Shown: piece after piece, positions 19,316 to 28,486 of the stretch
Numbering within the stretch: the stretch's first letter is position 1
Layout of the letters: the number at the start of each line of letters is the position of its first letter
Assembly (NCBI GenBank): GCA_017560145.1
Contig: JAFYON010000047.1
Span: 2,906 to 66,905 of the forward strand
Direction: 5' to 3'
DNA: 64,000 bases
Source: Clostridia bacterium
Lineage (GTDB): Bacteria > Bacillota > Clostridia > Oscillospirales > CAG-382
The notes under the pieces: model-generated
Told to the model about the DNA's origin: nothing
The model's input: only the letters and a program-made list of their open reading frames with translations
Databases searched by the model: none
Made by a program: the position numbers and the translations under genes

Positions 19316-20479
19316 ATGAAGCAAAACGGCACAGTTTCGGTAATATGCGAATACAATCCGTTCCACTTTGGACACGAATATCAGCTTCGGACGCTAAAAA
19401 CCCGCTTCGAGCGTATCGTTTGCATCCTAAGCGGCGATATCGTCCAGCGCGGAAGCGTTGCGATCGCCGATAAATATCTTCGTGCCGAGGCGGCGCTCAA
19501 CAACGGTGCGGACCTTGTGCTCGAGCTGCCCATTCCCTATTGCTGCTCGTCCGCGCGCGATTTTGCATCGGCGGGAGTTTTTATTGCTTCGGCGATAGGA
19601 AGCGACTTTCTTGCCTTTTCGGCAGAGGACGAAAGCGAATTGCTTTTTTGCATCTATGAGCTTTCGAAAAGCGAAGAATTCAACACCGAGGTGCAGGAAA
19701 CGGTAAAAAAGAACAAATCGCTCTCCTTCCCCCAAGCGGTAACCGCGGTTATCGAAAAGCGCCTTGGCACCCAAGCCGCCGAGGCGGTAAAAAAGCCCAA
19801 CAACATTCTCTCGCTTGAATATTTAAAGGCGCTTGAAGGAACGTCGGTTTCGCCCTTTACGGTAAAGCGCAGTCCGGATTTTGAATCGTCGTCGATGATC
19901 CGCGCAAGAAGAGATTGCGACACGATGCTTTCGCTCATTCCAAAAGCAAGCGCTTCGGTTTTCGGGCGTGAATCTGGCAAGCGCTTCCCAAGAGATGAAA
20001 AGAGACTCGACGCCTATTTCGTTGCAACGCTGAGAAGGATCGGCTCGCTTGGGATTTCGACCGACGAGCTCTATTCGGTTCCCCAAGACCTTGCACAGAA
20101 GATACTTCAAGCTGCGGTAAAGCATTCCGAAACCGAACGGATTGTTGCCTCGGTCGCCGATAAATGCTACACCCACGCGCGCGTGCGCCGTGCAATAAAC
20201 GCGCTCGTTTTCGGCATCACCGCCGAACGAGTTGCAAAAACGCCCCCGTATACGACAGTCCTTGCAGCCAATGAAAAGGGCCGCGAGGTTTTAAGAACGG
20301 CAAAGTCACTTAAAAAAATAGATATAGTCAACAAGCCCGTCCGTGCACTTGAGCTTGGCGAGGCAACAAGGGACGCATTCCTTTTTGCAAAGGGAATCGA
20401 GGACGTTGTTTCGCTTTCCGACCCTCTCCCCTCTCCTGCGGACGTGGGAAGAAATCCTTTTATAGGAGAAACGCTATGA
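19316..20479 (+). CDS. tmcAL: tRNA(Met) cytidine acetate ligase (UPF0348/YlbM family nucleotidyltransferase)
   Basis: EYNPFHFGHEYQL HIGH-like motif near the N-terminus. ATG at 19316 follows AAGGGGG. The alternative start at 19292 cannot be excluded. Confidence 0.7.
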   Translation: MKQNGTVSVICEYNPFHFGHEYQLRTLKTRFERIVCILSGDIVQRGSVAIADKYLRAEAALNNGADLVLELPIPYCCSSARDFASAGVFIASAIGSDFLAFSAEDESELLFCIYELSKSEEFNTEVQETVKKNKSLSFPQAVTAVIEKRLGTQAAEAVKKPNNILSLEYLKALEGTSVSPFTVKRSPDFESSSMIRARRDCDTMLSLIPKASASVFGRESGKRFPRDEKRLDAYFVATLRRIGSLGISTDELYSVPQDLAQKILQAAVKHSETERIVASVADKCYTHARVRRAINALVFGITAERVAKTPPYTTVLAANEKGREVLRTAKSLKKIDIVNKPVRALELGEATRDAFLFAKGIEDVVSLSDPLPSPADVGRNPFIGETL

Positions 20480-21408
20480 CAAAACATTTTTTTGTGCTTA
20501 ACCCTGCGGCAGGCACGAAGGACCGTACCGAAAAGCTTAAAGAGGCAATACAAAAGCTTAAGCTGAAGGATTCCTGTGATATTTTCGTAACCGACGGCGT
20601 CCGCGCCGCCGAAAACGAGGTTTTCCGTTATCTCGAGGAGCACAAGGGCGACTTTGTCCGCATTTACGCCTGCGGCGGTGACGGTACTCTTTCGGAGGTA
20701 GTAAACGGCGTTTACCGTTCAAAAAGCAGCGATTGTGCAGTTGCGGTAGTGCCGATCGGCTCGGGCAACGATTTTGTAAAAAGCCTCGATATCCCCGTTC
20801 AATGCTTTCTCGACCTTAAGGCGCTTGTCGAGGGCGATCTGCGCGAGATAGATCTGCTTGTTGCCAAGGACGCCGAAAACAACGAACGCGCAAGCCTTAA
20901 CATTATCTCGGCAGGCTTCGACGCGGCGGTATGCAAGGGACAGGAAAAGGTCAAAAAATGGCCGATGGTCAGCGGAAAAACGGCATATAACATTTCGCTT
21001 GTAAAAAGCGTTTTCTCGAAAACAAAGCATTATTTCGTGCTTAACGTCGACGGACAGCGGTTCGGCGACAGCGCAGGACCTTATCTTTTCGCCATTGCGG
21101 CAAACGGCAAATATTACGGCGGCGGCTACAAGGCATCGCCCTATTCGGACATTTCCGACGGATTTATGGAATTCATCCGTATCGACACGGTATCGCCCGT
21201 AAGGCTTTTGTCGCTGGTCGGCAAATTCCGCGAGGGCAGACATATCGATGAATTCAAAAGCATCTGCACCTCTAAGCAATGCAAAACAATGCAATTCGTG
21301 TCCGACAAGCCGATCGATATTAACCTCGACGGCGAGATCGTACCGATGAAAAACCCGACGATAAAGATCATCGACCGAGCAATAAAGATCATCCTTCCCA
21401 AGGTCTGA
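20476..21408 (+). CDS. Diacylglycerol-kinase-family lipid kinase (YegS/BmrU type)
   Basis: 310 aa with the GGDGTLSEVVNG catalytic-domain motif. ATGA overlap with tmcAL. Confidence 0.8.
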   Translation: MTKHFFVLNPAAGTKDRTEKLKEAIQKLKLKDSCDIFVTDGVRAAENEVFRYLEEHKGDFVRIYACGGDGTLSEVVNGVYRSKSSDCAVAVVPIGSGNDFVKSLDIPVQCFLDLKALVEGDLREIDLLVAKDAENNERASLNIISAGFDAAVCKGQEKVKKWPMVSGKTAYNISLVKSVFSKTKHYFVLNVDGQRFGDSAGPYLFAIAANGKYYGGGYKASPYSDISDGFMEFIRIDTVSPVRLLSLVGKFREGRHIDEFKSICTSKQCKTMQFVSDKPIDINLDGEIVPMKNPTIKIIDRAIKIILPKV

Positions 21409-21426
21409 AACCGAATTGTGAAATTT

Positions 21427-21462
21427 TTAACGCGGAATTTTGTCTTCCGCGTTAATTTTTTT
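21427..21462 (+). terminator. Intrinsic terminator after the lipid kinase gene
   Basis: TTAACGCGGAA-TTTTGTC-TTCCGCGTTAA followed by a T-run. Confidence 0.8.
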
Positions 21463-21535
21463 ATTTCTATATTGAATGTTGGTTTTGTATATGATAATAT
21501 TATAATAGCTCAGAACGAAAGGAGCGATAATATAA

Positions 21536-22270
21536 ATGCTTGAAATTAAAAATCTTTGCTTTTCCGCAACCGACGGCGCGGAAAAGATCGATATACTGAA
21601 AAACATTGACCTTACTGTAAAAGACGGCACCTTTTTGGTGCTTACAGGTCCCAACGGCGGCGGCAAGACCACGCTTGCAAAGGCAATCTCCGGTATCGTT
21701 CAGCCCACCGGCGGCAAAATTTTGTGGAACGGTACCGATATTACCGATATGTCTATAACCGACCGTGCACACACCGGAATAAGCTACGGCTTCCAACAGC
21801 CCCCTCGCTTTACAGGTATGACGGTAAAGGCGCTTTTGCAGATCGCGGCAGGCGGAAGAAAGCTTTCGCGTCTTGACTGCTGCAACTATCTTAACAAGGT
21901 CGGACTTTGCGCGGCAGACTACGTTGACCGCGAGGTAGACACGTCGCTTTCGGGCGGCGAGGTCAAAAGAATCGAGATCGCAACAATTCTCGCGCGCGGC
22001 AGTGGCTTGATGATATTCGACGAGCCCGAAGCAGGCATCGACCTTTGGTCGTTTGCAAAGCTTACCGAAACCTTCCGCGAGCTTCACAAGGAAAGCGACG
22101 CTACGATTATAATTATCTCCCACCAAGAGCGCATTATTTCTCTTGCAGATGAAATTTGCGTACTCTCGGGCGGCAAGATCGCACAGCACGGCAACCGTGA
22201 CGATATCTTCCCCAAGCTTATGGCAGGCGATATCAATTACGGCTGTGAATATATGAGAAAGGGCAACTGA
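21536..22270 (+). CDS. sufC: SufC-type Fe-S cluster assembly ABC ATPase
   Basis: 244 aa with Walker A GPNGGGKTT, signature LSGGE and Walker B LMIFDEPEAG. Confidence 0.85.
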   Translation: MLEIKNLCFSATDGAEKIDILKNIDLTVKDGTFLVLTGPNGGGKTTLAKAISGIVQPTGGKILWNGTDITDMSITDRAHTGISYGFQQPPRFTGMTVKALLQIAAGGRKLSRLDCCNYLNKVGLCAADYVDREVDTSLSGGEVKRIEIATILARGSGLMIFDEPEAGIDLWSFAKLTETFRELHKESDATIIIISHQERIISLADEICVLSGGKIAQHGNRDDIFPKLMAGDINYGCEYMRKGN

Positions 22271-22271
22271 T

Positions 22272-23192
22272 ATGGACAAGCTTGATTTCACTCTTCTTAA
22301 AGAAATTGCCCTTATGGATTCCATTCCCACGGGGGCGTACAATATCCGTAAAAACGGCGAATCGGCAGGAAGATTTTCCACCGAAAGCATCCGCATTGAA
22401 AACAAAACCGACAAGCCCGGTATAGATATAAACATCAAAAGCGGCACCAAGGGCGAAACCGTGCATATCCCTGTTATTATCACCGATACCGGATATTCCG
22501 AAACGGTTTATAACGATTTCTTTATCGGCGACGATTGCGACGTTACCATTATGGCAGGCTGCGGCATTCACAACTGCGGCGACGGTGAATCGCGTCACGA
22601 CGGTGTTCACACCTTCTATATCGGCAAAAATTCGGTAGTCCGTTATGCAGAACGCCATTACGGCGACGGCGATGGCAACGGCGAACGTGTTATGAACCCT
22701 GAAACCGTGGTTTACGCGGGCGAGGGCTCGACCATTCAAATGGATACGACGCAGATACGCGGAATCGATTCGACCTACCGCAAAACAACCGTCGTTCTTG
22801 CAAAGGATGCGAATGCGATAATCAACGAAAAATTGCTTACACACGGCAAGCAATATGCCGAATCGGATATGGAGCTTGTGCTTAACGGCGAAAACGCAAA
22901 CGGCAGAATCATCTCGCGCTCGGTCGGTCAGGACGAATCGAAGCAGGTATTCCGTCCCTGTGTTACCGGCAAAGCAAAGTGCTTCGGTCATATCCGTTGC
23001 GATTCGATCCTTATGGGCAAGGCAACGATAAGTTCGATCCCCGCCGTTGCGGCAGAGCACCCCGAAGCTAACCTTATCCACGAAGCCGCTATCGGCAGAA
23101 TCGCGGGCGACCAATTGATTAAGCTTATGACGCTCGGTCTTACCGAGGAAGAAGCCGAAGAAAAGATCCTCGAAGGCTTCCTTGGCGAATAA
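22272..23192 (+). CDS. Short SufB/SufD-family Fe-S scaffold protein
   Basis: 306 aa, begins 1 nt after the sufC stop. Beta-helix-type repeats and a C-terminal HEAAIGRI...QL.YLM.RGL-like motif (HEAAIGRIAGDQLIKLMTLGLTEEEA). Confidence 0.75.
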   Translation: MDKLDFTLLKEIALMDSIPTGAYNIRKNGESAGRFSTESIRIENKTDKPGIDINIKSGTKGETVHIPVIITDTGYSETVYNDFFIGDDCDVTIMAGCGIHNCGDGESRHDGVHTFYIGKNSVVRYAERHYGDGDGNGERVMNPETVVYAGEGSTIQMDTTQIRGIDSTYRKTTVVLAKDANAIINEKLLTHGKQYAESDMELVLNGENANGRIISRSVGQDESKQVFRPCVTGKAKCFGHIRCDSILMGKATISSIPAVAAEHPEANLIHEAAIGRIAGDQLIKLMTLGLTEEEAEEKILEGFLGE

Positions 23193-23204
23193 ATAAAAAA
23201 TGGG

Positions 23205-23241
23205 AACGCCGAGGACTCAACTATCCTCGGCGTTAAATTTT
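23205..23241 (+). terminator. Intrinsic terminator after sufCB
   Basis: AACGCCGAGGA...TCCTCGGCGTT followed by AAATTTT. Confidence 0.65.
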
Positions 23242-23289
23242 CTGCGGCTCAATCAACCACCATTTGATTAATAAACAACCGATTGATTA

Positions 23290-23318
23290 TTGATTCCGTC
23301 GTTTTCGTAAGCTATAAT
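23290..23318 (+). promoter_or_regulatory. Promoter of the XRE-family regulator gene
   Basis: TTGATT (23290-23295), 17-nt spacer, TATAAT (23313-23318). Embedded in a cluster of TTGATT repeats. Confidence 0.55.
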
Positions 23319-23356
23319 AAAAGCACACCGGTGAAATAAATATTTCGGAGGTTTTT

Positions 23357-24541
23357 ATGAAACTTACACTCGGACAAAAAATAAAAGAGCTTCGCAAGCG
23401 TGACGGCAGAAAGCAGGAAGACCTTGCCAACGCGCTCGGAGTTACAAATCAAGCAATTTCTCGTTGGGAGAAAGACGGAAGCTACCCCGATATGGAAACG
23501 ATCCCCGCGATCGCAAATTATTTCGGCATTACGATCGACGAACTTTTCGGTTATGAAAATGACCGTGAAAAGAAAATAGATTCTTTGGTATTGAAAATCA
23601 ATGAAATGAGTTTCAGAAACAACGGTGTTGATATTAACATCGACGAATGCATAGCGTTTGCTCGGGAATCGATGATAGAATTTCCCGGAAACGAAAAGAT
23701 AATGCTTTGTCTTGCAGACGTTCTTTACAACGCAGGATACGTCCGTTACGGAGAATATCACCTGATCGATGACGAAGGATATAACGTTTATGACGTAGAA
23801 AGGCACCGCGAATATGCAGAGTGGAAGGAAGCGATCATGATTTACGAAAAGCTTCTTAAAACTCTCGAGGTAGGAGACGCACGCCACAACGCGTTGAGAA
23901 ACCTTACTCAGCTGTATCTTAATGTGGGTGAGCACGAGCGAGCGCTTGCCGCGATCGAATCTGCACCGTCGATCTACGGCTCGTATGAATTTCTGCGTAT
24001 TAACGCTTTCGACGGAAAAAAGCACGCCGAAGCATATGGAGTAGCGTTGCTAAAAACCGTAAGAGCAAGCGCAGAGCTTATCATCGGAACGGTGATCGCA
24101 TACGAACAAAATATGCCTACTTCTGACAAAATCAAAAGCATAAAGTCTGCGATTGCATTGTTCGACCACGTATGCACCGACGGTAATTACGGTATTCACA
24201 GTGCATATATTGCCAGAATGTACACTTTGCTTTCTCTCTATTTATGGCTTGGCGGAGAACACGATGAAGCGTTTGATGCATTGGATAAATCATTGTTGCA
24301 TTTCAAAGCGTTTGAAAAATGCTGTGCAAAAGAAAGTGCAAGCTATACCGCGCCGCTCGTTAAACTGGTAGAAATCGAAAATCTTCAAGCAAAAGCCAAC
24401 GATGAAAATCATCCTCACACGAGCGCACTTAGCTTGGCAGAGGATTGGCCTTGGTGGTCTGTGCAGGAATACGCCCTCGTCGTTAACGAAATCAAATCCG
24501 ACCCTCGTTGGAACGAATGGGTTAAAAAGTTAAGCAAATAA
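23357..24541 (+). CDS. XRE-family HTH regulator with large helical-repeat (TPR-like) C-terminal domain
   Basis: N-terminus LGQKIKELRKRDGRKQEDLANALGVTNQAISRWE is a canonical XRE HTH. The remaining roughly 320 aa are helical and repeat-like. Confidence 0.75.
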   Translation: MKLTLGQKIKELRKRDGRKQEDLANALGVTNQAISRWEKDGSYPDMETIPAIANYFGITIDELFGYENDREKKIDSLVLKINEMSFRNNGVDINIDECIAFARESMIEFPGNEKIMLCLADVLYNAGYVRYGEYHLIDDEGYNVYDVERHREYAEWKEAIMIYEKLLKTLEVGDARHNALRNLTQLYLNVGEHERALAAIESAPSIYGSYEFLRINAFDGKKHAEAYGVALLKTVRASAELIIGTVIAYEQNMPTSDKIKSIKSAIALFDHVCTDGNYGIHSAYIARMYTLLSLYLWLGGEHDEAFDALDKSLLHFKAFEKCCAKESASYTAPLVKLVEIENLQAKANDENHPHTSALSLAEDWPWWSVQEYALVVNEIKSDPRWNEWVKKLSK

Positions 24542-24544
24542 AAC

Positions 24545-24585
24545 AAAAAAAGCTGTGCATTTAATATTGCACAGCTCTTTCTTTT
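24545..24585. terminator. Bidirectional terminator (XRE regulator gene / yhbY)
   Basis: AAAAAAAGCTGTGCA-TTTAATAT-TGCACAGCTCTTTCTTTT. Confidence 0.7.
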
Positions 24586-24886
24586 ATTTTCTCGGTAATA
24601 CAATCTTGCGGTTTTCGACCTTGCTCGATTGACGGTAGATAACGACCTTTCTGCCGATGACCTGAACCGCTTCGCAATTGAGCGCTTCGCAAAGCGAAAC
24701 CATTGCTTCCTTGGGCGATTCGGGGCAGGTTTCAAGGATTGTGAGCTTGATAAGCTCGTGCGCCTCGAGCGCCTTTTCAACGGTGTCGATAACCGTTTCA
24801 CCAATGCCGAACTTACCGATTTGAGTGGTCGGCTCTATTGTGTTTGCAAGCGAGCGAAGATATGCTCTTTGTTTTGTTGTAATCAT
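24584..24886 (-). CDS. yhbY: YhbY/CRM-domain ribosome-assembly RNA-binding protein
   Basis: 100 aa. TTKQRAYLRSLAN...IGK.G matches the YhbY family. RBS AAGGTG. Confidence 0.8.
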   Translation of the reverse strand: MITTKQRAYLRSLANTIEPTTQIGKFGIGETVIDTVEKALEAHELIKLTILETCPESPKEAMVSLCEALNCEAVQVIGRKVVIYRQSSKVENRKIVLPRK

Positions 24887-25098
24887 TTTTTCACCTTAAT
24901 ATATTTTTTCTGTTTATGCGAAAGTGTCTTTTAAAAAAGCCACTCTCGCGCTCTCTTCAAAACTTTTTAATATAAATTTTCAATATAAATACAATTAATT
25001 ATTCTATAAAAATCGGCGACATGTGCGTCGATTTTTATACCTTAGAGCATCGCGAATCCGGACATTTATGCACGGATTCGGTGCGAACGCACGATGCT

Positions 25099-25132
25099 CA
25101 CAAAACCCATTGAAATCCTTGGATTTCAATGG
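25099..25132 (-). terminator. Terminator-like hairpin after dut
   Basis: Reverse strand: CCATTGAAATCC-AA-GGATTTCAATGG (12-bp arms) followed by GTTTTGTG. Starts 7 nt after the dut stop. Confidence 0.6.
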
Positions 25133-25138
25133 AGAGCG

Positions 25139-25597
25139 TCAGCGACCTGTGCTCCCAAACCCGCCGTGGCGTTCCTCAATACATTCGTCGTCCTCGGTAA
25201 TTCCGTAAGGGAGGAAGATTCCCTGTGCGAAGGCTTCGCCCGCTTTTACGTTAAAGGGTTTTGTCGCACCGACAAGCTTGATTTTAATATGTCCCTCGTT
25301 ATCGGCGTTGAAATAATCCGAATCGATAACGCCTGCAGTATTCGCAAGGCGGACGCCGTATTTAAAGCCCGAGCCCGATCGCGGAAGTATTACCAAAACC
25401 CATCCGTCTGCAATTTTTGCGCGGATGCCCGTATCGATAATAATTTCCTCGCCCACGTCAAGCGAAAAATCATAAGGCGCGATAAAATCATAACCTGCCG
25501 AGCCCGCGGTCGCGCGGCGCGGAAGGGTTATATTTTCGTAGCCCTCGCGGTTAAATTGCGCTTCGGACACCTTATAAAACTTTGCAATACGGTTCAT
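25139..25597 (-). CDS. dut: dUTP diphosphatase
   Basis: 152 aa. Trimeric dUTPase motifs AGSAGYD, PRSG, GVIDSDY and GGFGSTG. Confidence 0.85.
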   Translation of the reverse strand: MNRIAKFYKVSEAQFNREGYENITLPRRATAGSAGYDFIAPYDFSLDVGEEIIIDTGIRAKIADGWVLVILPRSGSGFKYGVRLANTAGVIDSDYFNADNEGHIKIKLVGATKPFNVKAGEAFAQGIFLPYGITEDDECIEERHGGFGSTGR

Positions 25598-25654
25598 AAT
25601 TTCCTCCTTGTCGGAACAAGAAAATCCTTGGATTTTTGTGTCGAGAGCGTAGCG

Positions 25655-26374
25655 CTATCCCTGCCAACCGCCGTTTATATCAAAAACGCTTCCCGTAATG
25701 TATCTTGCCTTATCGGACACCAAGAACGCAACGCATTCTGCGACCTCGTCGGCTTCGCCCATTCTGCCAAGCGGAATTTCATCGCAAAGCGAATCGATAT
25801 CCTCAAATGTAAGGTCGCCGTTCATATCGGTATCTATAATGCCGGGGCAAACGCAGTTCACACGAATGCCTGCAGGTCCGACCTCCTTGGCAAGCGCCTT
25901 TGTAAATCCGATAATACCCGACTTTGCGGCGGAATAATCGACCTCGCAGCTTCCGCCGACCTCGCCGAATATCGACGAGACGTTAATTATAGCACCGTTT
26001 TTACGGCTGATCATATTCGGCAAAAGCCTTCTTGCAAGATTTATCGGGGCAAAAAGATTGATCTCGTACATTTTTCTTGCCGCTTCATCGCTGATCGCGT
26101 CAAACGGAAAAACAAGCGCAGTGCCTGCGTTGTTGACCAAAACGTCAACGTCGGCACATTTCTCGGCAAGCATTTTTACCGATTCGGGATCGGTCAAATC
26201 TGCAGAAATATATTCGGCGTTGCCAAGCTCCTCGCAAAGCGATTTCGCCGTATCAATACTTTGGTTGCAATGGATATAAAGATAAAATCCGTCGCGCGAG
26301 AGTGCTCGGCAGACAGCTTCGCCAATACCTCTTGCGCCGCCCGTAACAAGCGCGGTTTTTTTATTGTTCATCAT
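25655..26374 (-). CDS. Short-chain dehydrogenase/reductase (FabG-like)
   Basis: TGGARGIG cofactor motif and YSAAK catalytic motif. Start placed at the ATGATG at 26374. The track TTG start at 26389 is less likely. Overlaps the hslO end. Confidence 0.8.
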   Translation of the reverse strand: MMNNKKTALVTGGARGIGEAVCRALSRDGFYLYIHCNQSIDTAKSLCEELGNAEYISADLTDPESVKMLAEKCADVDVLVNNAGTALVFPFDAISDEAARKMYEINLFAPINLARRLLPNMISRKNGAIINVSSIFGEVGGSCEVDYSAAKSGIIGFTKALAKEVGPAGIRVNCVCPGIIDTDMNGDLTFEDIDSLCDEIPLGRMGEADEVAECVAFLVSDKARYITGSVFDINGGWQG

Positions 26375-27254
26375 TGTTTTTTTCAACAACCTTTAACAAG
26401 TGCTTTAAATCACTTTTCGAATATTTGTAAACCTCATCGCAGAAGCTGCAGGTCATTTCGGTAACCTCGTCACCGTTTTCGATCATATCGGTCAATTCTC
26501 TTGCACCGAGCGAGATAAGCGCGTTATCGGTCTTTTCTCGGCTGCAAGCACATTTATATTCACATTCGATCTCATCGAAAAGGTCATATTCAATGCCGTC
26601 GAGCACCTCGGCAAGCACGTCTTCAAGAGTGCCCTCCGAAAGGATCTTTGTAACAGGGCGCATCTTCGCCACGTTTTGCTCTAATTTTTCTGCAACCTCA
26701 TCGTCATAGAAAGGAAGAAGCTGAATAAGTGCACCGCCTGCGCGAAGAACGGTATAATCTCTGTCGACAAGCACGCCGAGAGCGCAAACCGTGGGGATCT
26801 GCTCGCTCGTTGCATAGTAATATGCAATATCGTCACCGACCTCGCCCGTTTGGATCTTGGAAATTCCAACGTAAGGCTCGTTACCGCCCGCATCGCGGAG
26901 AATATAAAGCTCGCCCTGACCGATACAGCCGCCAACGTCCAATTTTCCGTCGGCGCGAAGAGGCAGATCGGCAGAGGGGTTCTGGATAAATCCGCGTACG
27001 TTACCGCACCAGTCGCTTGTTGCAACAACACTTCCGCCAACGCCGTCACCCTTAAAACGGATGGTTATAACGTCTTCCTTTTCGCCGAGCATCGAGCCGG
27101 CAAGCGATGTCGCAAGCAGAGTTCTGCCCAACGCCGCGGTTGCAACGGGGGTGGTGTTGTGTATCTGACGTGCGCGCTCAACGATATCGCGGCCGTCCAA
27201 TATAATGGCTCTTGCCGAGCCGTCCTTTGTCATTGCTCTTAAAATTCTTCCCAT
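26361..27254 (-). CDS. hslO: Hsp33 redox-regulated chaperone
   Basis: 297 aa with C-terminal zinc-centre Cys motifs CACS and CSFC. Confidence 0.9.
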   Translation of the reverse strand: MGRILRAMTKDGSARAIILDGRDIVERARQIHNTTPVATAALGRTLLATSLAGSMLGEKEDVITIRFKGDGVGGSVVATSDWCGNVRGFIQNPSADLPLRADGKLDVGGCIGQGELYILRDAGGNEPYVGISKIQTGEVGDDIAYYYATSEQIPTVCALGVLVDRDYTVLRAGGALIQLLPFYDDEVAEKLEQNVAKMRPVTKILSEGTLEDVLAEVLDGIEYDLFDEIECEYKCACSREKTDNALISLGARELTDMIENGDEVTEMTCSFCDEVYKYSKSDLKHLLKVVEKNNDEQ

Positions 27255-27286
27255 AGCTCAAATCCTTAAGGGTTTGTTTTTATGAT

Positions 27287-28486
27287 CTATTTTGCTATTG
27301 CCTTCTTTTTACCGTCGGAAAGCATAAGCTCAAATTCCTTGCCCTCGGGCAATTCGTTTATACTTCTTATCGCCTTGCCGTCCTCGCCGAATGCGACCGA
27401 AAATCCGCGTCCGAGCACCGACAGGGGGTTAAGGCTGTTTAATTTTTCGTTCTGTGCAAAAAGCTTCATTCTTTCGCGCTCGATTCGGTTGCCGACAAGC
27501 TGATACAAACGCTCCTCGTCCCTTGCAACCGCCATTCTTCTGTCGTCAAAATAGCTTTGCGGACTTTGAAGAACGGGGCGCTGCGAAAGCGTAAGCAAGC
27601 GTTGACGGAAATAATCGGTCCTTGCCGAAAGAGTATTCGTAAGACGAGTCTGAACGTTTTCGAACTGCTTTTTCAGATCGCGCACGTCGGGTACGGCAAG
27701 CTCTGCCGCCGCGCTCGGGGTGGGAGCGCGAAGATCTGCCACAAAATCGCAGATCGTAAAATCGGTTTCGTGACCTACCGCCGAAATGATCGGAGTCTTG
27801 CATTCGTAAACCGCGTGTGCGAGATTTTCATCGTTAAAGCACCAAAGATCCTCGGTGCTGCCGCCGCCGCGACCGATGATAATAACGTCGCAAAGACCCG
27901 AAGCATCGAGATTCTTAAGCGCGTTTATAAGCTGAGCCGGCGCAGACGGGCCCTGCACGAGTGAGGGATAAAGATAAAGCTTAACGGCAGGAAAACGGCG
28001 GCGCGATACGTTTATCATATCCTGCACTGCCGCACCGCCCGGTGCGGTGATTATGCCGACCGAAAATGGTATCTTCGGGATCCTTTTCTTATGCTCGGGC
28101 GCAAAAAGGCCTTCCTTTTGCAGCTTTGCCTTTAATTGCTCGAAGGCGATATAAAGCGAGCCGATTCCGTCGGGCTCCATCTCCTCGGCGTAAAGGCGGT
28201 ATTGACCGTCACGCACGAAAACCGCAACTCTGCCGGTACAAACGACCTTCATGCCGTTTTCGGGCTTGAACTTCAGCTTCGAAGAGCCGCCGAACATCGT
28301 TGCGGGGATAGCGGAATTTTCATCCTTAAGGGTGAAATAGATATGACCGCTTCCGCCGTAAACGCGCACGTTTGAAAGCTCGCCCTTGACAACGACCTTG
28401 TTAAGCAAAGGCGAGGTGGAAAGATAGTCCCTTATATATGTGTTTAATTGCTCGACTGTAATTGTTTTTACGGTCTGACCGTTCAT
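27287..28486 (-). CDS. xseA: Exodeoxyribonuclease VII large subunit
   Basis: 399 aa. OB-fold N-terminus (VKGELSNV...GHIYFTLKD) and conserved IIIGRGGGS and HETD motifs. Confidence 0.9.
   Translation of the reverse strand: MNGQTVKTITVEQLNTYIRDYLSTSPLLNKVVVKGELSNVRVYGGSGHIYFTLKDENSAIPATMFGGSSKLKFKPENGMKVVCTGRVAVFVRDGQYRLYAEEMEPDGIGSLYIAFEQLKAKLQKEGLFAPEHKKRIPKIPFSVGIITAPGGAAVQDMINVSRRRFPAVKLYLYPSLVQGPSAPAQLINALKNLDASGLCDVIIIGRGGGSTEDLWCFNDENLAHAVYECKTPIISAVGHETDFTICDFVADLRAPTPSAAAELAVPDVRDLKKQFENVQTRLTNTLSARTDYFRQRLLTLSQRPVLQSPQSYFDDRRMAVARDEERLYQLVGNRIERERMKLFAQNEKLNSLNPLSVLGRGFSVAFGEDGKAIRSINELPEGKEFELMLSDGKKKAIAK

Noticed and set aside
23200-23271. 23-codon ORF (MGTPRTQLSSALNFLRLNQPPFD) upstream of the XRE/TPR-like regulator, considered as a possible RNPP-type signalling peptide.
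   Set aside because: It has no RBS and no signal or export motif. It spans the sufCB terminator hairpin. It is most likely fortuitous.
27254-27287. Absence of xseB directly after xseA.
   Set aside because: Only 32 nt separate xseA from hslO, so xseB is not here. The small subunit gene can be encoded elsewhere, and absence from one window is not evidence of loss.
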